A DNA stretch of 64,000 bases from Mobula hypostoma (taxonomy: Eukaryota): NCBI RefSeq assembly GCF_963921235.1, contig NC_086107.1, positions 116,314,001 to 116,378,000 on the forward strand, written 5' to 3'. Below the pieces are notes generated by a model. That model had not been told where the DNA came from. It was given only the letters and a program-made list of their open reading frames with translations, and ran no database searches. The position numbers and the translations under genes were made by a program. Shown in pieces: positions 24,291-37,664 of the stretch (position 1 is its first letter; each line of letters opens with the position of its first letter).

Positions 24291-24373
24291 GATGGGAAGC
24301 AGCAGTGAGTGGTGGGGAATTGAGGAGCGAGGGGAGGGAGGTGGAGGGGCTCTGAGGAGTCGAGGCTCCCTAC

Positions 24374-24455
24374 CTTGAGCAGCTGTTCTGAGCTGGGACG
24401 ATCCTGAGGGAGCTTCTGCAAGCAGGAATCGACAAAACTCCGGAACGGGGCTGAC
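24374..24455 (-). CDS. TAOK2: TAOK2 coding exon 8 (SAPFRSFVDSCLQKLPQDRPSSEQLLK)
   Basis: Kinase subdomain XI; 82 nt; AG/GT. Confidence 0.95.
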
Positions 24456-24915
24456 CTGCAACCGGAGCGGAGTACGAACCCGTCAACGGGAAACCAGGTG
24501 CGGCCCACACAGACCAGGGCAGGGCGACATTTCAGGAGTGACTGGGGGGAGGGGGAGGGGGAGAGCGAGGGGGGAGGGGGATAGCGAGGGGGGCAGGGGA
24601 GAGTAGGAGAGGGCGGAGGAAGGGAGAGGGGAAGGATGGGGATGGGGAGGGGGAGACGGGGACGCAGAGCACAAGGCAGTGTGTAAGAGATGGGGGTGCA
24701 GCCAGGGAATGTGAAGGAGGAGTGGGTGTGGGAAGCTTTGAGGGAGGGTGTCCCCGATACCGGGATCGCAGGTCAGGAGCCCTGACTCTCAGTAATGTGC
24801 GGGGGGGGGGGTGAGGAAATGACTGGGGATGCTGAGAGTAGGGAGTGAGAAAGGGAGTAGTGATTCCGGATGGGGAATGCGGAGGGAGGATGAGGGTAGA
24901 GGGGTCGTTCCTCAC

Positions 24916-25009
24916 CAGTGGTCAGACTGCAGAGCAGGAGCCTGGCTCTGCGCGATGTGGTACAGGGCGCTCATTGCGTTCATGTTAAACAGGGGGGGCT
25001 TCTTCTCCG
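24916..25009 (-). CDS. TAOK2: TAOK2 coding exon 7 ([31 protein letters not shown])
   Basis: TAO-family signature; 94 nt; AG/GT. Confidence 0.95.
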
Positions 25010-25069
25010 CTGGAAAAGAACAGCGGAAAGTTAGTGTGGGATGGGACGGGGAGGACACAAAGAATGGAA

Positions 25070-25500
25070 ATCTGCGAATTACGGAGAGCATTCTAACTGA
25101 TTGCAACACCGTCTGGTATGGCTTGGGGGGTGATCAAAGTAACCTGCAGAGAGTTGCAAACTCAGCCAGCCCCATCACGGCATGACACGACCCAGTATCC
25201 AGAGCATCTTCAAGGAGCCATTCCTCAAAACGGTGGCACCCCCACCCACCCAGGACACGCCTCGTTCTCATTGCTACCATCAGGAGGCACTCAGATACTT
25301 CCCTCTGCTATCCGATTTCTGAATGGACACTAAACCCAGCAACACTACCTCACCGCTTTGTTTTCTTTTGTGTAGTACTTATTTAACTTTCCGGTAATAC
25401 ACATACTCCGTACCGCACCGTATTACAACACGTCGCACTCCGTACCCCCCGCGTTACAACGCGTTTCATGACATACGCCAGTGATATTAAACCTGACTCT
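25070..25500 (+). mobile_element. Rex1/Babar-type LINE 3' fragment
   Basis: [17 protein letters not shown] and LLPSG..PSAIRFLN motifs. Similar fragments at ~41075-41730 and (minus strand) ~8600-8870. Confidence 0.7.
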
Positions 25501-25805
25501 GGAAATAGGAGAGGAGGGGAGGTGAGACCAGCTGGAGACAGGAGGCGAGGAGAAGAAGCAAAAGGAAGAGGGTGGAGGGGAGGGGAAGGGGTGGAGGAGG
25601 GGGCGAGGATGGGGGGAGGAGGAGGAGAGGGGAGGAGAGTGGGAGGGGAAGGGGTGAGGAAGAAAGGGGGAGGAGGAGAAGACAGAAGGGGAGAAGGGAG
25701 GATGAGAGGTAGAAGGGGGCATAAACAATGGCCACAATCCCCTGCTGTCCAGCTCTTCCTCATCAAGGTGTCAGTCGTCAGTCCCCCACCGTAACCGCAG
25801 TGCGG

Positions 25806-26690
25806 CGGTGGTTCCCAAGTAGACAATATTGCCACCCTCGGGGTGGTGGCAGATGCTACGTGGGCAGCGGTGGCAATTGCTTGGTAGCAAGGGATTATAG
25901 GGTTAATTTAAGAAAGGAATGACTTTGTAAGCTTTTGATCATCAGCGGTCAATGACCACGTGGCCCACCGTTCTCTCAGTTAGCTCAGAATGCCTTATCG
26001 TTGTTGAGAAGCAACGAGACAGTTCTGTATTTGGCATATGATGAGAAATCTGGACAGAGACATTGTGTTATCTCCAGACCCACTACTGCCACTTGCTAGT
26101 AAGATTCCTGGAGTCTAATCGTGCAGTGCAGCTCCTGTGAAGTAGGGTATGCCCAGAATCTGCCCTTTCAAATGATCTTCACCACACCTCTCCGGCCCGC
26201 GGCCCCATTTTATGTACCTTCAGGCAGAGCGAGTTTTTGCCTGAGCTATGATGCCATCGTAACTTCCCCCTTTATTGATCACGCTGTTTGAGGTTGGACT
26301 TAAACAACAGGGTCATTAGTCGGTAACGAAAATTGCAGAAGTGGAGCAAACGAGGAAGAACTGTAGACAATACAGAGGGAGGATCTGAAACGTGGATTTA
26401 TACTAGCACCAAGCAACTGACAGCAGCCCAAGTTCTGTGTGTGGAAAAGTTCCTTCAAATGAGGCAACAAAACCATCCAGGCTCCTTGAACATTTGAAGA
26501 GAATACACTCTGATAAAGCAAACAAGAACTTGACTTGTGTCCTGCCACTTCGTGAAAACTTCCAGAAACAAAAACACTTCAAACCATGTTTGCCAGCACA
26601 TCACAACAAAACAGCAATGGCTTGTGTGTTTCATACAACATTTCATTGCTCATTGCTAAATCTGGTAAACTCAACACAACTCAGAATCAA
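25806..26690 (+). mobile_element. hAT (Charlie/Buster-like) DNA transposon 5' relic
   Basis: Left end cggtggttcccaa resembles Charlie TIRs. CGKVPSNEATKPSRLLEHLKRIH (26437-) resembles the BED-finger N-terminus of Buster/ZBED5-type transposases. Confidence 0.65.
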
Positions 26691-26974
26691 AATCAGGTTT
26701 AATATCACTGGGGCACGTCTCATAAAATTTATTAACTTACCACAGAACTACAATGCAATACATGATAATATAGTGAAAGAACAATTACAGTAAGTATATC
26801 TACATTAAACATAGTGCAAAAACTGAAATTTTAAAAATTGAGGCAGCATTTATGGGTTCAATGTTCATTTAGGAATCAGATGGCAGAGGAGAAGAAACTG
26901 TTCCTGAATCGCTGAGAGTGTGCCTTCAGGCTTCTGTACCCTCCCAATCACCACCTAAATGCCCCTTCTGATCA

Positions 26975-28590
26975 CCACCCAGACACATCTCCCCCCCCCG
27001 TCTGTCTCAATGTCCCTCCCAACCACCAACCAGACACATCTCCCCCCACGTCTGTCTCAACGTCCCTCCCAACCACCACCCAGACACATCTCCCCCACGT
27101 CTGTCTCAACGTCCCTCCCAATCACCACCCAGACACAACTCCCCCACGTGTCTCAACGTCCCTCCCAATCACCAACCAGACACATCTCCCCCACGTCTGT
27201 CTCAACGTCCCTCCCAATCACCAACCAGACACATCTCCCCCACGTCTGTCTCAACGTCCCTCCCAATCACCAAGACACATCTCCCCCACGTCTGTCTCAA
27301 CGTCCCTCCCAATCACCACCAAGACAACACACACCAACGTCTGTCTCAACGTCCCTCCCAATCACCACCCAGACACATCTCCCCCACGTCTGTCTCAACG
27401 TCCCTCCCAATCACCACCCAGACACAACTCCCCACGTCCGTCTCAACGTCCCTCCCAATCACCACCCAGACACATCTCCCCCACGTCTGTCTCAATGTCC
27501 CTCCCAATCACCACCCAGACAACACTCCCCCACGTCTGTCTCAACGTCCCTCCCAATCACCACCCAGACACATCTCCCCCATGTCAGTCTCAATGTCCCT
27601 CCCAACCACCGAGACAACACTCCTCCACGTCTGTCTCAACGTCCCCCCAATCACCACCCAGACACAACTCTCCCACGTGTCTCAACGTCCCTCCCAATCA
27701 CCAAGACACATCTCCCCCACGTCTGTCTCAACGTCCCTCCCAATCACCACCAAGACAACACACACCAACGTCTGTCTCAACGTCCCTCCCAGTCACCACC
27801 CAGACACATCTCCCCCACGTCTGTCTCAACGTCCCTCCCAATCACCACCCAGACAACACACCCCAACGTCTGTCTCAACGTCCCTCCCAATCACCACCCA
27901 GACACAACTCCCCACGTCCGTCTCAACGTCCCTCCCAATCACCACCCAGACACATCTCCCCCACGTCTGTCTCAATGTCCCTCCCAATCACCACCCAGAC
28001 ACATCTCCCCCATGTCAGTCTCAATGTCCCTCCCAATCACCACCCAGACACATCTCCCCCACGTCTGTCTCAACGTCCCTCCCAATCACCACTGAGACAA
28101 CACTCCCCCACGTCTGTCTCAACGTCCCCCCAATCACCACCCAGACACAACTCCCCGTGTCTCAACGTCCCTCCCAATCACCACCCAGACAACACTCCCC
28201 CACGTGTCTCAACGTCCCTCCCAATCACCACCCAGACAACACTGCCCCACGTCTGTCTCAACGTCCCTCCCAATCACTACCCAGACACATCTCCCCCACG
28301 TCTGTCTCAACGTCCCTCCCAACCACCACCCAGACACATCTCCCCCACGTCAGTCTCAATGTCCCTCCCAATCACCACCCAGACACATCTCCCCCACGTC
28401 TGTCTCAACGATCCTCCCAATCACCACCGAGACAACACTCCCCCACGTCTGTCTCAACGTCCCTCCCAATCACCACCGAGACACAACTCCCCCACGTCTG
28501 TCTCAACGTCCCTCCCAATCACCACCGAGACACAACTCCCCCACGTCAGTCTCAATGTCCCTCCCAATCACCACCGAGACAACACTCCCT
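26975..28590. repeat. ~49-bp minisatellite
   Basis: Unit approx. cagacacatctcccccacgtctgtctcaacgtccctcccaatcaccacc, ending about 50 nt from a TAOK2 splice donor. Confidence 0.95.
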
Positions 28591-28635
28591 CATGTCTGTT
28601 TAAGGCCCAGGGGCAGCAATAGCAGACAAACGTCA

Positions 28636-28749
<114 letters not shown>

Positions 28750-29538
28750 TCAGGGGTCACAGAGCAGAGACGCAGGTCAAGTAGACGGGAGTATGGTGGG
28801 CAGAGCAGAAGCTCACAGGAGGTCACAGTGTGATACGATCAGTTTGGCAGACAAAACTCCGATGGTGTTCAATGCAGACAAACGTGAGGTGTAGCACTTT
28901 GGGAGGTCAAATGTAAAGGGACAGGACATGGTTAATGGCAGGATCCTTTACAGTTTGGTCACCCCATTACAGGAAGGGTGTGGAGGCTTTGCAGAGGGTG
29001 CGGAAGAAATTTGTGCAGAAGGCATAAGCTGAAAGGAGAGGGTAGACAAACTTGGGTTGTTGTATCTGAAGCGGAAGAGGCTGAGGGGAGACCTGATAGA
29101 TCTTACAGACGTTTCTCAGATCATCAGATACACAGAATTGGTTTATTAAGCCACACCTACTGAGATCCAGTGAAAAGCTTGTCTACGTACTGTTCATACA
29201 GATCGTTACACAGCGCTTTGAGGCAAAGCAAGGGAAAACAATAACAGAGACCAGAATAAACCCGCAGGCAGGCAGTAAGGTACAAGGTCATAAGATAAGG
29301 GTGGACAGCTGGCATCTTTAACCCCAGGGTGAAAATGTCTTATACTAAAGTGCATACATTTAAGGTGAGGGGGTGATGTTCAAAGGAGATGAGGGGGTCG
29401 GGGGAAGAGGGCAAGGTGTTTTTTGCGCAGAGGTGATTATTGCCAGGGATGGTGGTGGAGGCAGATATGACAGAGGCTGTCAGACGCGTGGAAATGGAGG
29501 GAGATGCACACTGTCGGCAGAAGGAATAATATTGCTTA

Positions 29539-29673
<135 letters not shown>

Positions 29674-29729
29674 TCAGTCACTCAGCACGAAAGCAAATCA
29701 TTCCAGGCTGGCTCAGACTCCCAGCTGCC

Positions 29730-31650
29730 TGTCTTCGGCCCATATCCCTCTAAACCTTTCCTATCCACATACCTGTCCGAGGCTCTTTTAAATGTAGCTG
29801 CCTCGATCACTTCTTCTGACAGCTCATTCCCTCAGGGCGAAAGAGTTGCCCTTGCATTGCTGTTAAATCTCTCCCCTCTCACCTTAACCCTGTGCCCCCC
29901 CCCACTATTGATTGCCCAACCCTGGGGAAAAAGACTGCACATTCACCTTATCTGTGCCCCTCGTGGTTTTACACCCCTCTGTAAGGTCACCCCTCAGTCT
30001 CCTGCACACCAGGGAATAAAGTGGTTCTGAAAATCATGATAACCATCTTCACTGTCGATTCCAGTGTCATGTGCAAACTTACTAACCACATCTCGTACAT
30101 TCTCATCCAAACTGTGGATAGAGATGGTAACAGCAAAGGGCCCAGCACTGACTCCTTGGAATCACCACTAGTCACAGACCTCCAGTCCGAGAAACAACCT
30201 CCCACCCTCACCCTCTGCTCCCCACTGTCAAGCCAGTTGTTTGTCCAGTTACTGTCGAAGGTTGTCATAGATCACAGTGGGACATTGATAGGATGCAGAG
30301 TTGGGCAGACTGAGTTAGAGATGGAAAAGTGTGAAGTGATTCATTTTGCAAGGTCAAACAAAGGCAGAATACAGGGTTAATGGCAGGAACAGGGTTCACA
30401 TCCATCGATTCTTCAAACGAATCACAAAATGTTGCCAGGATTGTTAGGAAAGTGTATGGTCTATTGACTAATAGTTGGGGGATTGAGTTCAAATGCCCCG
30501 AGGTAAAGTTACAGCTCGATAGAACTGGTCAACCCACACTTGGAGTCCTGTGTTCAGTTAGAGGACGGATGTGGAAGCTTTAGGGAAGGTGCAGAGGAGA
30601 TTGATCTGTTATTCACAGTTTTAGAGATACACACTGTAACAGCCCCTTCCAGCCCAAAGACCCCAATCACACCCATGTAAATATCTACCAGAATGCTGTT
30701 TGCATTACAGAGCGATTATTAGGAAAGACTGAGAGAGCTTAGGCTTTCCTCTTCCGAGTGAAGGAAGATGAGAGGCAACTCGATGCAGGTGTATATAGAA
30801 ATAGACATACAGTCCTTGTCCAAGATTCCCAAAAGGTTAACTTGCAGATTGAGTCCGTGGTGAGGAAGGCAAATGCAATGTTGGCATTTATTACGAAAGC
30901 ACTACAATATAAAAGCAAGGATGTAATACCAAGGCTTTCTAAGACCTTATAAGTCAGCTCAGACTTGGTAAGGTACAGAAGGGATAGAGTGGTGGAGGAG
31001 GAGGCGGAGCAACAGATAGAGAGGGGAAGGGTGGGAGGACACAGGGAGAGGGAGGGGAGGATAGGTGTAGGGACAAAGGGAAGCAAGAGTAGTTCAAAGG
31101 ATAGAGGGAGGAGAAGTATAGGATGGATTGAGGAGAAATTTCTTCAGCCAGAGGGTGAATCTGTGGAATGCATTGACACAGATGGCCAAGGAGGCCAAGT
31201 CATTTAAAGTGGAAATTGACAGGTTCATGATTAATTATTATGGAGAATGGGGTTGGGAGCGAAAATAAAACATCCATGATGGAATGGTGGAACAGGCTCG
31301 ACGGACCAGATGGCCTAATTCTACTCCGTCGTCTTATGGTCTACTAAGGTGGTAAGAGGCTTAAACTGAGTGGACAGCCAGAGACTTTTGCCCAGAGTGG
31401 AAATGGCTCATTTGAGGGGCATAATTTTAAGGAGGGAGGGAGATATGGGGGAGATGCCAGAGGCAGGTCCTTTTACAAAGACTGACCAGTGTGGGAATGC
31501 GTTGCCAGGGGTGGTGGGAGAGGCAGATCCATTCGGGATACACAAGAGACTTTTAGATAGGCACATGGATGATGGAAAGACGGAGGGAAGGGTTAGAGTG
31601 ATGGTGTAGGTTAAAAGGTCAGCACAATATCGTGTGTTGAAGGGTTTAGA
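29730..31650. mobile_element. Mixed-orientation degenerate CR1 fragments in a TAOK2 intron
   Basis: SDWRSVTSG..SVLGPLL (minus) and EKCEVIHF, KANAMLAFI (plus) remnants. Confidence 0.7.
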
Positions 31651-31729
31651 CGCCCATGTGATCTGACATTCCAGAACAGGGAACCTTACTGAAGTCTATA
31701 TACCACATGTACCACCCTGCCCTAGTTAC

Positions 31730-31826
31730 CTGTGGATAAGGTTGTGGGAGTGCAGATACGCCAGTCCGTAGAGAGCGCCGTGGATAATGGCGGCGATTTC
31801 CATCTCTTGCAGCGGCTTCCGGTGCA
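31730..31826 (-). CDS. TAOK2: TAOK2 coding exon 4b ([33 protein letters not shown])
   Basis: Manual translation; 97 nt; AG/GT; phases match the neighbouring exons. Confidence 0.95.
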
Positions 31827-32381
31827 CTGGGAAGCATGAGGCAAGGGTCAGGCCAGGATTGTTGGACCAACCTCCGGTGGCGAGGAGTCAGGACAGAGGG
31901 CCAAGGTAGGACAGCACACACATACCTCCCCACCTCGCATGCACCCTCTGACCCCTCACCGTCCCATCCCGCAGTCTGAACACAGTGCAATCTCCTCCCC
32001 CCTCACACATTTCTGCTCCCTGCCATCTGCCCCCACCCCCCCACGTTCCCTCTCGCCACCTCTGGCACCCCAAACACCTTTCTGCTGCTCCCCCCACACT
32101 CTCTCTGCACCTCTCACCTCCTCCCCTCCCTCCAAGTCATTGGGTATATTTAAAGTGGAGGTTGACATGTTCTTGATTCATCAGGGTGTCAAATGTTACG
32201 GGGCGAAGGCAGGAGAATGGGGAGATAAATCAGCCACGATGGAATAGCGCAGCAGACTCGATGGGCAGAAAGGTTCGATTATCTGAGATGTTTTTTGTTG
32301 CACCTCTGCACACGGGGACTGCCAATAAACTTTGTACAAGCCCCTGGGTGGGGTCAAAGTGAGGTGGGACCACACACTTAC

Positions 32382-32427
32382 CCTCCAGCAGGTCCGACAC
32401 TGATCCCAGACAGTACTCCATCACCAG
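32382..32427 (-). CDS. TAOK2: TAOK2 coding exon 4a (LVMEYCLGSVSDLLE)
   Basis: Hinge motif; 46 nt; cag/gtaagt. Confidence 0.95.
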
Positions 32428-32855
32428 CTGTAGGGAGAGGAGCAGGAGGAGGGGGGTAGTTAAGGCAGGAGGAGGTGCAGAGGTGGTGGAGCCGACGTGT
32501 AGGGTGAGGGAAGGTAGGGACACGCTGGGCGTTCGTGACGATGGGCTCAGGCTGGAGTTTAAAGGTGAGGGGTGGGAAAATGGGGGGAGGGGAGGGCAGG
32601 GGAGGGGGAGGGGGAGATGGGGGGAGGGGGAGATATGGGGAGATGGGGAGGGGGAGATGGGGAGGGGGAGATGGGGAGGGGGAGATGGGGAGGGGGAATG
32701 AGAGAAGGGGATGGAAGGAGGAGACACAGGGTGGGGGAGGTGGTGAGGAGGGGAATGGGGAGTTGAGACAGGGAGGGGAAATGGGAGGCAAGGGAAGGGA
32801 TACTGACTGAGTACAGGATGAGGGGTGGGTACGAGGAGGGGGTTGTATCACCCAC

Positions 32856-32957
32856 CCAGGCCGTGTGCTCCCGGAGGTAGCAGCCCCGGAAGGCGATGGT
32901 GTTGGGATGCTGGAGCAGTCGCAGGAACTTCACCTCCTTCACGATGTCCTGCCACCT
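32856..32957 (-). CDS. TAOK2: TAOK2 coding exon 3 (RWQDIVKEVKFLRLLQHPNTIAFRGCYLREHTAW)
   Basis: alphaC Glu; 102 nt; AG/GT. Confidence 0.95.
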
Positions 32958-33301
32958 CTGCACAGGGGAGAGAGAATGCAGGGTGAGGGCAGGCCGGGAA
33001 AGCACACACACCCACCACACCAACCTGAACCCAGTGACAGTCCTGGGACCCAAATGGCCACACAATGTGGGCAAACCAGACCACTCCATCCCACCCTGGC
33101 ACCCTCCCCTACCCCCAACCCTCCGCCTTCCTATTCCCCCCTCCTTCCCTGCATTCCCTCACCTCGCCCAATCCCTCCCTCTCTCTCCACCCCGGCACCC
33201 TCCCCTACCCCCAACCCTCTGCCTTCCTATTCCCCCCCCCCGCATCCCCTCACCTCGCTCAATCCCTCCCTCTCCCCCCACACCGGCACCCTGATCCATA
33301 C

Positions 33302-33373
33302 CTCACTGGACTGCTTCCCACCGTACGACATCTTCTTGATGGCAACAACTTCCCCATTCCTCACGTCCCGCGC
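33302..33373 (-). CDS. TAOK2: TAOK2 coding exon 2 (ARDVRNGEVVAIKKMSYGGKQSSE)
   Basis: VAIK catalytic Lys; 72 nt; AG/GT. Confidence 0.95.
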
Positions 33374-33938
33374 CTGTGGAATGGGACAGAGGGGGTCAGT
33401 GCAATGGGAGGGGGCACTGTGTGCTGAGCAAGGTGCCGGATACACCCAGGAAGGGGGGCGGGGGGAGTGCGGAGTTGTTGGTGCACTGGGAGCCCTTAAC
33501 ATGATCGATGTACCAGGCAAAATGTCGTTTCTACTCAGAGGTGGGGGCAAGAGTCTGTGTTGGGGATTGGGGTGAAGGGGTCTGTAACCCCAGGGGTGGG
33601 GGAAGGGGTCATCGGGTTTGTAAGGGGGGGGAAGGGATATGTAACCGGGGTTGCAGGGGGATGGGGTCTGTGACCAGGGTAGGGGGGGCAGTGGGGGAGG
33701 AGGTCTCCGACCAGGGAGGTGGAAGGTCTGTATAACTATGGTGCGGGGGGGGGGTCCATCAGGTTTGTAAGTGGGGAGGGATGTGTAACTGGGGGTGATG
33801 ATGTCTGTGACCAGGGTGGGGGGGAGGAGGTCTGTGACTAGGGGTGGGGGGGTCTGTAACCAGGGTGGGGGTGGGGGGGAGGTCTGTGATTGGGGGAGGA
33901 GGGGTCTGTAACCAGGGTGGGGGTCTGTAACCACTCAC

Positions 33939-34058
33939 GAAGTAGACAGCTCCGAAGCTGCCGTGGCCAATCTCACGTAAGTCAGCGAAGAATTCCTCAG
34001 GGTCACCGCGGTCGAAGAGACGTCCCGACGTCCCTGTCCTCCTCCCGCCAGGCAGCAT
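33939..34058 (-). CDS. TAOK2: TAOK2 first coding exon (MLPGGRR...[15 protein letters not shown])
   Basis: ATG 34058-34056, Gly-rich loop, donor gtgagt. An acceptor at 34140-34141 implies an upstream non-coding exon. Confidence 0.93.
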
Positions 34059-34279
34059 GGCTTTGTCCAGGGGTCAGGGGTCGTCCTGCTCCACCCCCGC
34101 CCCCCCTCGGACCCGGCGAAGGAGCAGGGGATGCGGCAGCTGTTGGGGGGGGGGGAAGAGAGAAAGGAAAGCGTCAGTGTGGGCTGTGTCAGCAAGCAGG
34201 GTGGGGAGGGAAGTGGTGAACTGGGGCAAAGGGATTCAAATAGGGATGGGGGAGGGGGGGCGGTCAGAGAACAATATTT

Positions 34280-35270
34280 ACCAAGCACGTTTCATGATGT
34301 AGTCCAAAGTGCTTCACAACGCGATAAAGTGCAAACGTCAGGGTCAAGACAAAAAGATGTCAGTTAGAAGCAAAGCTAAACAAATAGGTTTAGAGTTGTC
34401 GTTTACACGTGACAATTAAGTCTGCATCCCTTATAGTTTTAGGAAAGGAATTCCACAATTTTGGAGTGCAGTTCAGGGAAACTGACCTGCCAATTATCTT
34501 GTAAGGAAACAAGAGAAAATCTGCAAATGCCAGAAATCCGAGCAACACACACAAAAAGCTGGAGGAACTCAGCAGGCCCAAAACATCAACTGTACTTTTT
34601 TTACATAGATGCTGCCTCGTCTGCTGAGTTCCTCCAGCTTTTTGCATATGTATCTTTTACGAGAGATTGTTTAAAATTTAAGAGACCGATGGAAGAAAAC
34701 CTGAGAGTTTGAGCAGGATTACAAAAAAGTGATTCAATGATGTTCTCTGGTCCCAGACCATTAAAAGCTTTAAAAACAGGTAAGAGAAATTTAAAATCAA
34801 TTTCTAAAGGATACAGGAAGCCAATGCAGAGTAGCTACGACAGAGCGACATGCTCCCTCATCCTGGTTTTAATTAAAAGTGTAGCATTGGTGTCCTGAAC
34901 AAATTATGTTTATCAGTAGATCGTTTTGGAAGGCCAGTGAATTGCAGTCATCTGATCCATTCGACATAAAGGCGTGAATTAGTTTTTCAGCATCATTACG
35001 TGACAGAAATGGACGTACTGCAGCTTTCCAACATCTGCTATATATTGAAATGTTGCTGTGGTCACTTCTTTTTTTTAAATGAGGGTTTTAAAATTCAAAT
35101 CTGAGGCAAGAAAACAACCCAGGATAGTTACCTGTGACCCAACTTCCCTTGTTTATCAAGAAGTTTATCTCATTTGACTTTGGGGCCAGCCAGAAGTACT
35201 TCATTTTTATTCACATTTCATTTTAGTAATTATTACAGCCGCAGCAGACTCAGAGAGTTGTCATTCTCAG
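34280..35270 (-). mobile_element. Degenerate L2-type LINE 3' fragment with a nested palindromic Penelope-type insert
   Basis: Minus-strand remnants of LHWLPV..IDFK..FKAFNGLGP and PKLWNSFP typical of the L2 ORF2 C-terminus. Confidence 0.6.
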
Positions 35271-35344
35271 TCTCGGCCGAGATGTGTGTCATCTGCAGAG
35301 CTACCAGATGAAGGGCAGCGTGCAAAAGGAGAAGGGGCGATTGA

Positions 35345-36627
35345 GGGGAACGCCGCGGTCAGCGGTGTGGGGGGAGACGTGGGAGTGGAGCCGCGCTGGG
35401 GGAGGACAGTCTCCCCGCCGCTGCTCTCTGAGACCCGGGGGAACGCCGCGGTCAGCGGTGTGGGGGGAGACGTGGGAGTGGAGCCGCGCTGGGGGAGGAC
35501 AGTCTCCCCGCCGCTGCTCTCTGAGACCCGGGGGAACGCCGCGGTCAGCGGTGTGGGGGGAGACGTGGGAGTGGAGCCGCGCTGGGGGAGGACAGTCTCC
35601 CCGCCGCTGCTCTCTGAGACCCGGGGGAACGCCGCGGTCAGCGGTGTGGGGGGAGACGTGGGAGTGGAGCCGCGCTGGGGGAGGACAGTCTCCCCGCCGC
35701 TGCTCTCTGAGACCCGGGGGAACGCCGCGGTCAGCGGTGTGGGGGGAGACGTGGGAGTGGAGCCGCGCTGGGGGAGGACAGTCTCCCCGCCGCTGCTCTC
35801 TGAGACCCGGGGGAACGCCGCGGTCAGCGGTGTGGGGGGAGACGTGGGAGTGGAGCCGCGCTGGGGGAGGACAGTCTCCCCGCCGCTGCTCTCTGAGACC
35901 CGGGGGAACGCCGCGGTCAGCGGTGTGGGGGGAGACGTGGGAGTGGAGCCGCGCTGGGGGAGGACAGTCTCCCCGCCGCTGCTCTCTGAGACCCGGGGGA
36001 ACGCCGCGGTCAGCGGTGTGGGGGGAGACGTGGGAGTGGAGCCGCGCTGGGGGAGGACAGTCTCCCCGCCGCTGCTCTCTGAGACCCGGGGGAACGCCGC
36101 GGTCAGCGGTGTGGGGGGAGACGTGGGAGTGGAGCCGCGCTGGGGGAGGACAGTCTCCCCGCCGCTGCTCTCTGAGACCCGGGGGAACGCCGCGGTCAGC
36201 GGTGTGGGGGGAGACGTGGGAGTGGAGCCGCGCTGGGGGAGGACAGTCTCCCCGCCGCTGCTCTCTGAGACCCGGGGGAACGCCGCGGTCAGCGGTGTGG
36301 GGGGAGACGTGGGAGTGGAGCCGCGCTGGGGGAGGACAGTCTCCCCGCCGCTGCTCTCTGAGACCCGGGGGAACGCCGCGGTCAGCGGTGTGGGGGGAGA
36401 CGTGGGAGTGGAGCCGCGCTGGGGGAGGACAGTCTCCCCGCCGCTGCTCTCTGAGACCCGGGGGAACGCCGCGGTCAGCGGTGTGGGGGGAGACGTGGGA
36501 GTGGAGCCGCGCTGGGGGAGGACAGTCTCCCCGCCGCTGCTCTCTGAGACCCGGGGGAACGCCGCGGTCAGCGGTGTGGGGGGAGACGTGGGAGTGGAGC
36601 CGCGCTGGGGGAGGACAGTCTCCCCGC
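35345..36627. repeat. 93-bp CpG-rich, apparently invariant tandem repeat (~13.8 copies)
   Basis: Unit ggggaacgccgcggtcagcggtgtggggggagacgtgggagtggagccgcgctgggggaggacagtctccccgccgctgctctctgagacccg. Confidence 0.97.
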
Positions 36628-36709
36628 TGAAAGCCGCCCGGATCTTTCCCAGGAAGGGGAGATGTGATCACAGGCCGGTGGGGAGGGGCAGGTTCCCAAC
36701 ATTTCTCAC

Positions 36710-36920
36710 CGACTGCCACCCCGAGCCCCGCTCCCTCCCCTCACACTACCGGCCGAACCCTCCCCTCCGCCCTCAACTCAACTCCCCTCCCCTCCGTCCC
36801 CTCGACCTCACCCTCCTCCGCCGCCAGTCCCTCCAAGCCGCTCCACTTCCGGTTTATCTACCCCACTTCCTGCGTTCCGTCCATTTACCGTTCCCCCCCC
36901 CAGACGCACTTCCCGTGTCC
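36710..36920 (-). promoter_or_regulatory. TAOK2: Putative TAOK2 promoter and non-coding exon 1
   Basis: Three clustered ETS/GABP-like motifs (cacttccgg 36844, cacttcctg 36864, cacttcccg 36907), CpG-rich context, minus-strand donor cg|gtgaga at 36709. Confidence 0.6.
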
Positions 36921-37664
36921 GTCCGACCTTCCTTCACTCAACGTCCCTGCTCCGGAACCTTTCTCCACCTCCCCCTCTCCCTCTCGGTTCTCCAACTGTT
37001 ATCCCTCCTTCCCTCCATTCTGTCTTTTTCTTCCCCTATCCCCCTACCTCACCTTTCCTTCTCCTCCCTTTATCCTTTCAACTACTCTTGCTTCCCTTTC
37101 CCTCCGTCCCGACGCCTATCCTCCTCTCTCTATCTGGTAGTCATAGTCATAGTTTATTGATCCCGGGGGAAACTGGTTTTCGTTACAGTTGCTCCATAAA
37201 TAATTAAATAGTAATAAAAGCATAAATAGTTAAATAGTAATATGTAAATTATGCCGGGATGTATTTACATCTCTTGCTGTTTACTCCGTCCACACTCCAT
37301 CCCCACCTGACTATCCCTTCTGCACCTCCTCCACTGACATCCCAGCCCTCAATTGCTCTCTCCCTGCCTGCTTTCTCCCACTATCATTCGAACCGTCCAT
37401 CATCCTCCTCCTCTACCTTCTGCACTCTCCTGTCTAAGAGTGGGTGATGCTCTCTCCCCTCACCATCGTCGCTTCTCCATTTACCCCCCTCTCCGTCATC
37501 TCTTTCCATCCCCTTTCTCGCTCCGTCCTTCCCCTCTCCCTATCTCTCCTTCTACATGTAACGAAATCCTGTGAAGATACTTCAAAAATAAAGAAGTAAA
37601 AAGTTTGTAGATATCAAAAAAAAAGAATACTATAAAGAGCAGTAAATGATTTAAAAAAAACCTA

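Noticed and set aside
20195..24508. 1437-aa Pro/Ser-rich ORF
   Set aside because: Read-through of a 26-bp repeat; only 24374-24455 is a real TAOK2 exon.
35284..37160. 448-624-aa repeat ORFs
   Set aside because: A 93-bp unit divisible by 3 keeps several frames open; no splice or homology support.
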